A stretch of 64,000 nucleotides of DNA, taken from the IMG/VR virus record IMGVR_UViG_3300042260_000483, positions 1-64,000 of that record, one strand, 5' to 3'. The position numbers and the translations under genes are program-made. This stretch comes from a virus. A model generated the notes under the pieces. It saw only the letters and a program-made list of their open reading frames with translations. It searched no databases and was not told where the DNA came from. This document shows, one piece after another, positions 1-8,668 of this stretch (its first letter is position 1; each line of letters opens with the position of its first letter).

Positions 1-131
1 CATATTTCCAAATATATCGATATGATTTTTATCCCCCAATTGGACCCGCCAAAAGACTTTATTTTTTCGTTAGTCGCTTAACTTTATTTTTTGACTAGGT
101 CTTTTGATAGTGGGTATGGCTTTTTCCCATC

Positions 132-458
132 TCAACTCTTATTATATATCTTAGGGTCTACATATTCAATTTCTCTAATCAAATTTGCACTTCGATAGTT
201 ACCCTTATTAAGAATATACAACTTCCGTAAGCAGTTTAAAACCATAGCATCTTCACCATTATAACTACGTTTAAGTTTGACATTGATTAGATACCCAATA
301 ATATCAGTTGTAGTGTTATTAACAACAACTTTTTTTGTTTTATAATCGATAACTTCGAAACGACTTCCCGGTGTATATACTTGCACATTCTTTAACCAAA
401 TAATAATCCGTTCGATTCCCTCGATGTGTCTTTGGGTGAAAAACAATGTCTTACTCAT
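132..458 (-). CDS. small hypothetical protein, paralogue family A
   Basis: FTQRHIEGI..W and Y.GEDAMVLNCLRKLY motifs shared with neighbouring ORFs. Confidence 0.8.
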   Translation of the reverse strand: MSKTLFFTQRHIEGIERIIIWLKNVQVYTPGSRFEVIDYKTKKVVVNNTTTDIIGYLINVKLKRSYNGEDAMVLNCLRKLYILNKGNYRSANLIREIEYVDPKIYNKS

Positions 459-476
459 TTTATAGTTTATTTAAGT

Positions 477-824
477 TTACCAACTCATCGAAGAACTCGA
501 TGGCATTCTCATTACGGGTGATGGAATTTCCCAAACAAAGCCCATCTCATTCATTCCTCTATCTTTATTCCGTTGGTAGAATTCTCTTAGAGTATTGAGG
601 ATAGTTTGGGTTTCATCGGAGTATCCATCGTTGCGAAGATGAACTTCTAACCAACTTACTAATCTTTGTGGGTTAGTATGGAGAACGCCATGACAGATAA
701 ATTGTTTATTTGGAAAATAGAGTGCAACCTCTTCCATCCAAGTTAACATCACCATCATACCGGCTTTTTGTTCGGGAGTAAATTTATACATCAGATACAT
801 CAGTTTATTCATTTTCGGTAACAC
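477..824 (-). CDS. small hypothetical protein, paralogue family A
   Basis: FTPEQKAGM..W and GYSDETQTILNTLREFY motifs. Confidence 0.8.
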   Translation of the reverse strand: MLPKMNKLMYLMYKFTPEQKAGMMVMLTWMEEVALYFPNKQFICHGVLHTNPQRLVSWLEVHLRNDGYSDETQTILNTLREFYQRNKDRGMNEMGFVWEIPSPVMRMPSSSSMSW

Positions 825-840
825 CAGTTATAGGTTTGAC

Positions 841-1146
841 TCATAGTTTAGTAATAAGAGAATCCATAGTCGTACTAAAACCTTTATTCTTATTATATAA
901 CTCCCTATACCTATTCAACATATCCCTATCCTTTTCTAATTCCCTATTACTAACTCCCATATTATACTTAGTAATCATACTATTGATATTGTTAATAATA
1001 CTAATAGTAGTAAGAGCATAATACCCTTCTCCCACCACCCATCGAATAGGGTTATCCTTATCTTCTAGAAGGAATATAGTTTCAAACCCAAACCTCATCC
1101 TCTCCATATACTTAATCCTATCCCGTACACTTAGTCCAGTATTCAT
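841..1146 (-). CDS. small hypothetical protein, divergent family A member
   Basis: C-terminal DRDMLNRYRELY motif. Confidence 0.7.
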   Translation of the reverse strand: MNTGLSVRDRIKYMERMRFGFETIFLLEDKDNPIRWVVGEGYYALTTISIINNINSMITKYNMGVSNRELEKDRDMLNRYRELYNKNKGFSTTMDSLITKL

Positions 1147-1151
1147 AGTTT

Positions 1152-1331
1152 CTAATCATTTAAACAATCTAACATATCCCTATATGCAAGAGAGCACTCG
1201 TGGGACTCTGAACCACCCTCCTCTATCTCATCTAATGCTAGTTGATAGTATCCACGTATCTCATCACTCTTTGCTGGGTATTGGTCAATAAGTCTCAATG
1301 CCTCCGTTCTCAATTCTTTTAACCCATTCAT
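1152..1331 (-). CDS. 59-aa acidic hypothetical protein (MNGLKELRTEALRLIDQYP...)
   Basis: Translated by hand; fills the gap, and its ATG overlaps the upstream TGA. Confidence 0.7.
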   Translation of the reverse strand: MNGLKELRTEALRLIDQYPAKSDEIRGYYQLALDEIEEGGSESHECSLAYRDMLDCLND

Positions 1332-1588
1332 ATTTTATCGTTTAATTTTACTTTCCACTTATTGTATTCTCTCCATTGTCTCTTTGCTTCTTCATCCTCA
1401 TTGAATCTATTTCGAATAAAGTTAAGAAGTGCTCCAGTTCCACCATCGTAAAACCCGGTCGTATAACTCCAATCTAACTTTTGATGATTTGCCGGTGCAC
1501 TAATGTGGATGTTTAACCACTCCCAATACTCCTTAATAATCCAACGTAACCATTCTCTTTGTGTTGGGGTCAATGTCTTATTCTTCAT
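1328..1588 (-). CDS. small hypothetical protein, paralogue family A
   Basis: LTPTQREWLRWI and GFYDGGTGALLNFIRNRF motifs. Confidence 0.8.
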   Translation of the reverse strand: MKNKTLTPTQREWLRWIIKEYWEWLNIHISAPANHQKLDWSYTTGFYDGGTGALLNFIRNRFNEDEEAKRQWREYNKWKVKLNDKI

Positions 1589-1589
1589 A

Positions 1590-1625
1590 TCCCTAATATA
1601 CTAAATAATTTTTGAATATCCTAAT
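1590..1625 (-). promoter_or_regulatory. Bacteroidota-type promoter
   Basis: sense strand TTAG-N20-TATATTAG just upstream of the 1588 ATG. Confidence 0.6.
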
Positions 1626-1901
1626 TTATTTTAAAATAAGTTGCAACGGAAACAGATTTAGATTATCCTTATTGATTAGATATAATTGTCGTATCTCATT
1701 AAGTGCATCCTTATCTTCTTCTACCCAACCATATTGATACATCCTATCCATATACGCAACCAAATCATCATTGTAGATATTACCCAATGAAGGAGTAGTC
1801 CATCGAATATAAACTTCTTGAGTATTAAACCAACTCCGCATCTGATTTAATCCTCTTCTTTGTTTTAACCTTAATCTACCTACATTTACATCCGTATCCA
1901 T
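1626..1901 (-). CDS. small hypothetical protein, paralogue family A
   Basis: LKQRRGLNQMRSWF and GWVEEDKDALNEIRQLY motifs. Confidence 0.8.
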   Translation of the reverse strand: MDTDVNVGRLRLKQRRGLNQMRSWFNTQEVYIRWTTPSLGNIYNDDLVAYMDRMYQYGWVEEDKDALNEIRQLYLINKDNLNLFPLQLILK

Positions 1902-1902
1902 A

Positions 1903-2181
1903 CTATTTGATATTTAATCCTCTTTTCTCATTATACATCCATTCCTTATACAATCCTACTATATCATTAAGGATTCCGCTCTCATTCGCCTTATCATAAT
2001 CTTCATGTATCCATATCCACTTCAATTCCTCTTTAGTTGTCTTATTAAAGTTACACCAATCTAAGAATCTCCTTCCATCTATATTCGTAAAGACCCAATC
2101 CAACCATTCCATTTGTTTAGGATGTAATGGCACCACCATAGGAATATTCATCTTTATCATCAATCCGTTCCTTTCTCTCAT
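1903..2181 (-). CDS. small hypothetical protein, paralogue family A
   Basis: LHPKQMEWLDW and YDKANESGILNDIVGLY motifs. Confidence 0.8.
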   Translation of the reverse strand: MRERNGLMIKMNIPMVVPLHPKQMEWLDWVFTNIDGRRFLDWCNFNKTTKEELKWIWIHEDYDKANESGILNDIVGLYKEWMYNEKRGLNIK

Positions 2182-2210
2182 AGTAATTTAAAAAAATAAT
2201 TTATAACCCG

Positions 2211-2618
2211 TCACTCTATACCCGGATATTTCCTTTTATACTCCATACGTTCTATATAACACTTTCGAATCCCATTGAGTATTCCTTTACCACCCTCTCC
2301 ATACATACCCTCATTGAAGTACCTTTCTAAATGATGGAAAATCTTACTCCCACTCATACTCATCCATTCGTCTTCTCCATTGGAGAATTTCCCTATACAC
2401 ACCTTAAACATCCAACCTTCCCACTTATGAGATTTGAAAAAGGCCATCATAGTTTTAATTCCTTCCTTATGTTCTTTGGTTAGTTGATTCCACCCAAAAT
2501 CTGATGGTGTGATAAGTCCTTGCATAAATCTTCTATTCGATTGGTTCATTCCATTCATTTGGTTCAATGCTAGATTAGCATTATCAATACTCATTTGTCT
2601 TAATTCATATGAATCCAT
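2211..2618 (-). CDS. small hypothetical protein, paralogue family A
   Basis: LTKEHKEGIKTM and GMYGEGGKGILNGIRKCY motifs. Confidence 0.8.
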   Translation of the reverse strand: MDSYELRQMSIDNANLALNQMNGMNQSNRRFMQGLITPSDFGWNQLTKEHKEGIKTMMAFFKSHKWEGWMFKVCIGKFSNGEDEWMSMSGSKIFHHLERYFNEGMYGEGGKGILNGIRKCYIERMEYKRKYPGIE

Positions 2619-2780
2619 ACACTAACTATTTAATTGACTCATTTACTTATTTGATATATCATATCCCCATAGGGGGTAACCAGCCTGTCTTTTCCTAGGG
2701 AGAAAAAAGCTAGCCAGCACAAATAAACGTATCCGTGCCTCCCCGCCCCACAATCCTTTTTAGCCATTTACAAGAAACTC

Positions 2781-2807
2781 GAAGGGTGGCTAGGGCATCC
2801 ACCCTTC
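2781..2807 (-). terminator. hairpin, probable intrinsic terminator
   Basis: GAAGGGTGG...CCACCCTTC perfect 9-bp stem immediately after the stop of 2814..3080. Confidence 0.6.
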
Positions 2808-2813
2808 TGGTCT

Positions 2814-3080
2814 TTACTCTTCGATGAAATCTAAAGGTTCTTCAGTATCTAACCCTAACTCGATTAGTTCTTCTCTCACCTTCTTACTACCTCTACCGAT
2901 TAACCCTTCTGCTTCCCATGTATCTATTGCGATAATTGCGTGGGATTGTGTCACATACTTACGGGTATGGAATATCTCCTTCACCTTTGGGGTTTTAGTG
3001 ATAGTTACCATCTCTGGGAATTTCTCTGTGGGTGTAGGAGTGATAATGCAATTTCTGTGTTTTATTTCTGTCTTATTCAT
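2814..3080 (-). CDS. hypothetical protein
   Basis: ORF track; same strand as neighbours. Confidence 0.7.
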   Translation of the reverse strand: MNKTEIKHRNCIITPTPTEKFPEMVTITKTPKVKEIFHTRKYVTQSHAIIAIDTWEAEGLIGRGSKKVREELIELGLDTEEPLDFIEE

Positions 3081-3114
3081 ATTCTGTTATATTGAGCTGT
3101 TATTAGTATTAGTG

Positions 3115-3705
3115 TTACGCAAGACCTAAGTAAGGTAATGCTTTAGAGATGTTGTTATCAGATACCTTATAAGATTTAACTCTCTTAATAGACTCTTCTA
3201 AGGAAAGAGGTCCCCATACATACTCACCGGCCATCATTCCTCGTATCATACGGATTACATCACCATAAGAACCGAAAGAAGGTTTGTTATTTACATGAAC
3301 GTATTTCACACCAGCTTCAATCTCTGTTCCTTTCTCACTCTTCAACCCACTATTATCGTAGTATTCAAAAGTCTCTTCCATTCCGTTGTATCTACCATAC
3401 TCAAATGAATCAGCGAAACGAGCGATATCTTTGTAGATACTACTCTCAACTTCAGAACCATCTACGTTACTCACATAGACATCTAAGGAGTTACCATTAG
3501 CGAAAGAAGAAGATGATACCGAACATACTACCTTTGGATATTTGGCTTTTACGAATTGTTTAACCAATGAACCTGCGATAGGACCATTTGCGTAGACCTT
3601 AGGAGTAGAAGGCTTACCCCAATAATCAGTAGTTCTTAAAGCCTCAGCTTTGATTTCAAACTTAATACCTTCGATGATTAACGCGATTTTCTTAGAATTT
3701 TTCAT
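3115..3705 (-). CDS. LPD29-like (large polyvalent protein-associated) domain protein
   Basis: VKAKYPKVVCSVSSSSFANGNSLDV...YNGMEETFEY...KYVHVN pattern resembles LPD29. Confidence 0.6.
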   Translation of the reverse strand: MKNSKKIALIIEGIKFEIKAEALRTTDYWGKPSTPKVYANGPIAGSLVKQFVKAKYPKVVCSVSSSSFANGNSLDVYVSNVDGSEVESSIYKDIARFADSFEYGRYNGMEETFEYYDNSGLKSEKGTEIEAGVKYVHVNNKPSFGSYGDVIRMIRGMMAGEYVWGPLSLEESIKRVKSYKVSDNNISKALPYLGLA

Positions 3706-3723
3706 ATTGTTATCTTTTAATGT

Positions 3724-3776
3724 TTATCTCTTATTACTTAGCTAACATACGAAGAATATTTCACATATCCAAATAT
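3724..3776 (-). promoter_or_regulatory. repeated early promoter/leader element
   Basis: sense TTTG-N20-TATGTTAG-CTAAGTAATAAGAGATAA. Confidence 0.8.
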
Positions 3777-3795
3777 TTAGCCATTTATTTTTCAA

Positions 3796-4017
3796 TTATT
3801 TTAAGCCCCAATATCCTACCATCTTCTCCCACTCCATATGTGTGGCGAATACTGCGAAGTAGTTCTTACCTAAACTCTTAGCATACTTACCTGCAACACC
3901 TGCATCCTTAAATGGTAATGTATCGATTAAGTTGGTTTCTCTGTTGATAATGTTAATATCACCTTGACAGATGAAATAATGGGGATTCTCGCGGTTACTT
4001 AATAGTGTAGTATTCAT
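3796..4017 (-). CDS. hypothetical early protein
   Basis: ORF directly downstream of a promoter element. Confidence 0.75.
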   Translation of the reverse strand: MNTTLLSNRENPHYFICQGDINIINRETNLIDTLPFKDAGVAGKYAKSLGKNYFAVFATHMEWEKMVGYWGLK

Positions 4018-4022
4018 ATCTC

Positions 4023-4072
4023 TTATCTCTTATTACAAAGCTAACATACAACATTTTTCTGATATATCCTAA
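4023..4072 (-). promoter_or_regulatory. repeated early promoter/leader element
   Basis: sense TTAG-N20-TATGTTAG-CTTTGTAATAAGAGATAA. Confidence 0.8.
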
Positions 4073-4089
4073 TCTTTTATCAATTATTT

Positions 4090-4329
4090 TTAATAAAAGA
4101 ATGCGTTCCATATACGATATACAGGAGCTTTATATCTAGTTCCTACCTTATCCTCATTTAGAGAACCCATAGTTTTCATAGATACATAAGGAGATTCAAC
4201 CACCTCCATTGTGCAATCACCAGTTAACTCGTTGATACTCACTAACTTAGCACGTAGGGTTGGGGAGAAGTTCTCTGAAGTAACCTCACCAATCATTGTC
4301 ATCAATTCACTCATCTTATTATTACTCAT
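4090..4329 (-). CDS. hypothetical early protein
   Basis: ORF track. Confidence 0.7.
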   Translation of the reverse strand: MSNNKMSELMTMIGEVTSENFSPTLRAKLVSINELTGDCTMEVVESPYVSMKTMGSLNEDKVGTRYKAPVYRIWNAFFY

Positions 4330-4334
4330 ATTTC

Positions 4335-4514
4335 TTATAGTTTAATACCTGTTCCTAATTCAATATCTTTTAACACTTCGTATATACGTTCTGAACCACT
4401 CTTACCACTATCGAAGATTTTACCATCAAATCGTTCGAACATCAGTAACTCCTGAATTTGTTCATCGTATCTCTCATCTAATAAAATCGGGTTAATCTCT
4501 AATTCGTTTATCAT
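4335..4514 (-). CDS. hypothetical early protein (MINELEINPILL...)
   Basis: Start moved to the ATG downstream of the promoter element. Confidence 0.65.
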   Translation of the reverse strand: MINELEINPILLDERYDEQIQELLMFERFDGKIFDSGKSGSERIYEVLKDIELGTGIKL

Positions 4515-4518
4515 ATCG

Positions 4519-4570
4519 TTATCTCTTATTACAAAGCTAACATACAACATTATTTCCACATATCCAAATA
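4519..4570 (-). promoter_or_regulatory. repeated early promoter/leader element
   Basis: near-identical to the 4023 copy. Confidence 0.8.
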
Positions 4571-4602
4571 AAAAGTCATTTATTTTTCAATTATTTTTAG
4601 GC

Positions 4603-4640
4603 AAAAAATAACCCACTACGGAGACCAATTTGTAGTGGGT
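4603..4640 (-). terminator. intrinsic terminator
   Basis: ACCCACTAC...GTAGTGGGT stem followed by a T-tract on the minus strand. Confidence 0.75.
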
Positions 4641-4764
4641 GGTTCAGAGATGAACTCTTGGAATAGGAGAGAGAGTATGAGGTCTCAACTCGAGATGCAC
4701 GTTCCCCAACGCAACATTCGATTTCTTTAAAGACTAGAGGATATCTCAATCATCTTTGTTTATA

Positions 4765-4962
4765 TTAATAAGCCATTAACCATTGTCCGAATTTCTTCCA
4801 ATTCACACCTAATAAGGATCCAACTCCTAATGTTAGTGCAATGATTACACAACCCATTTCGTTCCAATCACTTGCGAACATATGTGTGTATTTTCCCGTA
4901 CCTATCTGGGCAACAATAAAGAACCAAAACCCAGAGAATAATAATAGTTGATAATTTTTCAT
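4765..4962 (-). CDS. small membrane protein
   Basis: two hydrophobic segments; follows a promoter element. Confidence 0.7.
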   Translation of the reverse strand: MKNYQLLLFSGFWFFIVAQIGTGKYTHMFASDWNEMGCVIIALTLGVGSLLGVNWKKFGQWLMAY

Positions 4963-4967
4963 ATTTT

Positions 4968-5023
4968 ATATCTTTAAATCTTATAAAGCTAATATACAAC
5001 CTTTTTCTGATATATCCAAATAT
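4968..5023 (-). promoter_or_regulatory. repeated early promoter/leader element
   Basis: sense TTTG-N20-TATATTAG-CTTTATAAG. Confidence 0.8.
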
Positions 5024-5027
5024 TTTA

Positions 5028-5342
5028 TCATTTATTTTTCCAAAGAGAATTTTCAACCCTTCGTGCGTGAACTTCCAAAGGATGATGCTCATACTTGTAT
5101 ATCTTATCCAACTTCCTATACTGACTATACTTCTGTTGTGCATGAGTCCATTCGTGTGCTAACGTCCTATATAGAGTAGAAGTAGAATGTAACTGATTGA
5201 TATTCAAACGTATAGTTCCTTCCCAATCCCATTCTCCCAGCCATTTATCCTTCCTGTAACACAACTTAATCCGTTTACATCGGGATTTTCCCAACTTTCT
5301 TTCACACCACCTCATCATGGTATCGTGTTTTGGTATAAACAT
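5028..5342 (-). CDS. small HExxH zinc metallopeptidase-like protein
   Basis: LAHEWTHAQQ and downstream HPLEVHA. Confidence 0.75.
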   Translation of the reverse strand: MFIPKHDTMMRWCERKLGKSRCKRIKLCYRKDKWLGEWDWEGTIRLNINQLHSTSTLYRTLAHEWTHAQQKYSQYRKLDKIYKYEHHPLEVHARRVENSLWKNK

Positions 5343-5355
5343 TCTGGAATTATTT

Positions 5356-5392
5356 AAAACAAAGATACAAAATAATTTTCATTTTACCAAAT
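5356..5392 (-). promoter_or_regulatory. Bacteroidota sigma-A promoter
   Basis: sense TTTG-N20-TATCTTTG, canonical TAnnTTTG -7 box. Confidence 0.75.
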
Positions 5393-5412
5393 TCTTTGAT
5401 AAAAAAACCTAC

Positions 5413-5662
5413 TGACAATGTGTCATAAATTGGATCTACTGCACACTTGGACAAAACTTTTTTATTTCTGAATTGAAGAAGAAACTTCTCCCGCCCTACC
5501 ACCCTATAAAGATACGAAAAAAATTTCACAATTCCAAATAAAAGATATGACAATGTGTCCGATTGAGACGATTTGCAATTCATTCAAGGAATTCGTGCAT
5601 TCTTTGACAATAGTGCAATGGGTTAACAATTGTAAACATATAGGGGATATGACAATGTGTCA
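5413..5662. repeat. three copies of palindromic TGACA-N3-TGTCA
   Basis: TGACAATGTGTCA at 5413 and 5650; TGACAATGTGTCC at 5548. Confidence 0.8.
5505..5540 (-). promoter_or_regulatory. Bacteroidota-type promoter
   Basis: sense TTTG-N~20-TATCTTTA. Confidence 0.6.
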
Positions 5663-6084
5663 CACTCCACTCGAGAAAAAATATAGCAAGCGAAAGGACG
5701 TGCTTGAGGGCTCATTTTATTACGCTACCCTAACTACTCCCCATCTTATATAGGATGATTTATCATAATGAAATTTGATATATACCCCATATAGCAATTA
5801 GTATAAAGAGAGTGCCACCCCATAACTCCCTCGACGTGTTCTTTTAAGGGGTATTAGAGGTTAATTCGTATATAGTGTAATAATGTGATACGGATACAAT
5901 CTCAGCGGGTTTAAAACCACTATATGCAGGTCAGTTAAAACACTCTCTCGACTCCCCCAGTAGTGTGAGTCATGAGTATCTCGAGTGTATCGCTTTGAAG
6001 TGAAGGGTTGATACTCTTTTCTTTATACTATTCGTATTGAGTATATAGTGTGCATGTGTATAGGGAGAGTTATCATATAGACAT

Positions 6085-6123
6085 AAAAAAAGGGAGTTAT
6101 CCTTTATACTGGATATATCCCTT
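6085..6123 (-). terminator. probable intrinsic terminator
   Basis: AAGGGA..TATCC...GGATA..TCCCTT stem with T-tract on the minus strand. Confidence 0.55.
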
Positions 6124-6476
6124 ATATAGTCTTATTGATGTTTATTCCCTATACCATTACTATCTATACTATTACTACTATCTGAGTCATTATCCCTTTT
6201 AGTGTTACGCAATTTGAATTTTAGAATGGAGTGTAACGAAATGGATTCATTCATTTTACGCAACTCCTACTCATCATACGCCTATGATTTTAAGATACTA
6301 TCAAAAAAATCTAGTTTTGACGACTTCGGCCGGACGATATCGACCATATCGAGATTAGTTATCTATAAGGGGAATATAGGGAATTATTAAGATTAAAAAG
6401 AAATTTAATCTATTGTGGGGAATTTGGGGATACTCTCGTTTAGTAGGTCACTCGTCCCGGCCTACGATAGTGGGGA

Positions 6477-6578
6477 TTATATGGATAGAGGTGTGAATAA
6501 GACTAATAGGATTACTATTACTACTATACCTATTAGGATTACTTCTATTGTATCATTCTCATTCTGTTGGTTGTTCAT
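6477..6578 (-). CDS. 33-aa single-pass membrane peptide
   Basis: Translated by hand: MNNQQNENDTIEVILIGIVVIVILLVLFTPLSI. Confidence 0.5.
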   Translation of the reverse strand: MNNQQNENDTIEVILIGIVVIVILLVLFTPLSI

Positions 6579-6579
6579 T

Positions 6580-6894
6580 CTATACTACTTTCTTTTCGAA
6601 TTCATTTTTAGTATGCAAGGGTAGTCCGAAATTCGATGGGTCTTCGGTGAATACTCCTATTGTTATATAAGATTTACCACCAACTTCATCTACCAATGTT
6701 CCGATTAAGCCATATGGGTATTTGGTTGGATTTAAGTATGGATTATTCTTTGAATATTTAAGAGGGATATCGTTGTATATCCATCTTTGAATCCATTCTA
6801 TCGCATGGATGTCTTCGATTGAATTTACTTCATGTTCTGTCCAAAATTCTGGACCCATATCTACGAAATTGGGGAAACGTCTTTTTAATATCAT
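6580..6894 (-). CDS. hypothetical protein
   Basis: ORF track. Confidence 0.7.
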   Translation of the reverse strand: MILKRRFPNFVDMGPEFWTEHEVNSIEDIHAIEWIQRWIYNDIPLKYSKNNPYLNPTKYPYGLIGTLVDEVGGKSYITIGVFTEDPSNFGLPLHTKNEFEKKVV

Positions 6895-7491
6895 AACCTG
6901 TTTAGTCTTATCTTCTATTTTCTAATCGTTTGTTAATACCTATCCAACTATCCCTTTTCTTTTCCTTTACATCCTCTTCATATTTTACGCGAGGTTTTAC
7001 AGGTTTGATTCTGGGTTTCTGAGGTCTTTCACTTTCATCCAATTTAGTAATATCATTTAGATTGATTTTCATACCGATGGTTGGCTTGATTCTATTTTAA
7101 CTTCATTACATTTTGCACAAATCCAATACACTCCACTTGATGTTTGAATTCTTCTCATTATTTCTCCACACTTACATATCATATCTAATTGCCTCTACCC
7201 GTTTTTCTTACTTGTGTTTGTTTGGGTGTTGATTTTGGTTGTATAGTTTTAACTCCCTTTGTTGTTAAGGGTTTCTTTTCATTTTTATTACCAAAGAATT
7301 TACTACTCATATTATTGTTTCGTTTTAGGTTCTACTTTAACTCTCATACCCCATTTACTACTTGCTAACCATTCTTGACAATTCCAATCCATCCAATACT
7401 TTACCAATTTACCACTCACTTTATCTACGAATCCTTTTTTGGTATCGTTGTGAACCATTGTCAATCTACTTAGTAATCTATCTAACATAAC

Positions 7492-7698
7492 TTATTTTGT
7501 TTTTTTAATTGCCGTTTTTGATACTCGCTCCATTACAATAATAACTGCACCATATCCAATATATTCTTCTTTACTTATATCCATTTTTAAGTATGCATGT
7601 AATAATATTAAGAAATAACCGATATATCTTAAATTAATAATCCATTCGATTATTCCCCACTTTTTAATGGCAGATAGTATTTGTTTATTTATTCCCAT
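7492..7698 (-). CDS. small membrane protein
   Basis: hydrophobic segments. Confidence 0.6.
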   Translation of the reverse strand: MGINKQILSAIKKWGIIEWIINLRYIGYFLILLHAYLKMDISKEEYIGYGAVIIVMERVSKTAIKKTK

Positions 7699-7856
7699 TT
7701 CTTCGTCTTATTTCTGCTAGGATTTTGTTTATTTTATATCTTGTGTTTTGGATTCTAATATCTACAATCCACTTACCCAAAGGATAACTTGGATTATATG
7801 ACTGTAATAGTCTTAATCTCTCATTGAGCTGTTTCAAATCCTTAAATAACGCCATT

Positions 7857-8414
7857 TTATTTAATCTCTTGATATAAGGTAGTTTTTATATCGTTTGTTA
7901 AATTATATTGTTTATCAAATGCATCCTTTTCCCAAGGACGGTCATCGTATGATAGTGCTGGAATATATTCTTTACCTTCCCAAAATACGGAGGTAGTTCC
8001 TTTAATCAATTGCTTTGTTTCAGTTTGTTTTAGATGAATCAATTCATGTGATAGGACTTCAATCGATGCAGTTCTACTTAAATCTACGATATATATGACG
8101 TATTGTTCATCCTTACCAACTATGAATGCTTTCAAATCTAAGGTAGGTTCTTTTGATTTCAACATATCTAAGATATCTGCAGATAATGGACGTATAATTA
8201 CGACCATATCTTTCAATTCCAATTTATCCAATCCCACACTAACAATCGTATCCATATACGAATGCTCTGTTTGATTGAATACAATATTACTTGGACTTAA
8301 TTGAATTCGTGCGAAAGGAGTTTCTTTATTTAAGGATTTAAATAAGAAAAATAATAGTATCAGAGTTATTACCCCACCTATTATTAAAATAGTCTTTTTA
8401 TTGATAGATTTCAT
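7857..8414 (-). CDS. membrane-anchored HExxH metallopeptidase-like protein
   Basis: N-terminal TM; LSHELIHLKQ and PWEKDA. Confidence 0.75.
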   Translation of the reverse strand: MKSINKKTILIIGGVITLILLFFLFKSLNKETPFARIQLSPSNIVFNQTEHSYMDTIVSVGLDKLELKDMVVIIRPLSADILDMLKSKEPTLDLKAFIVGKDEQYVIYIVDLSRTASIEVLSHELIHLKQTETKQLIKGTTSVFWEGKEYIPALSYDDRPWEKDAFDKQYNLTNDIKTTLYQEIK

Positions 8415-8637
8415 CTAATATATTTTTTACTATAACACAATCTTCATATCGTTCTTCGCCTTCCAACCATTTCAATATTTCCATTAACTGAATTTGTGGT
8501 ATAAGACCTAATATTGTTTTCTTTCGAATCGTTCCTTTACGAAAACAATCCAACATCCACCCCAATGAATTTATCCGCATCTCAAACGCATTTGAACGTT
8601 GTATATGATCCATATGATAAAATTCTTCGGGTGTCAT
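8398..8637 (-). CDS. small protein with C-terminal UvrB/UvrC-like motif
   Basis: EERYEDCVIVKNIL. Confidence 0.55.
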   Translation of the reverse strand: MTPEEFYHMDHIQRSNAFEMRINSLGWMLDCFRKGTIRKKTILGLIPQIQLMEILKWLEGEERYEDCVIVKNILDEIYQ

Positions 8638-8668
8638 TTATATATAAATATCTTAAAGCAAAAATAAC

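Noticed and set aside
3724-5023. Regularly recurring repeats resembling a CRISPR array
   Set aside because: Copies are 300-500 bp apart, degenerate, separated by ORFs and match a promoter consensus
4868-5583. Minus-strand ORFs 4868..5143 and 5350..5583
   Set aside because: They overlap better-supported genes or run through promoter and operator elements
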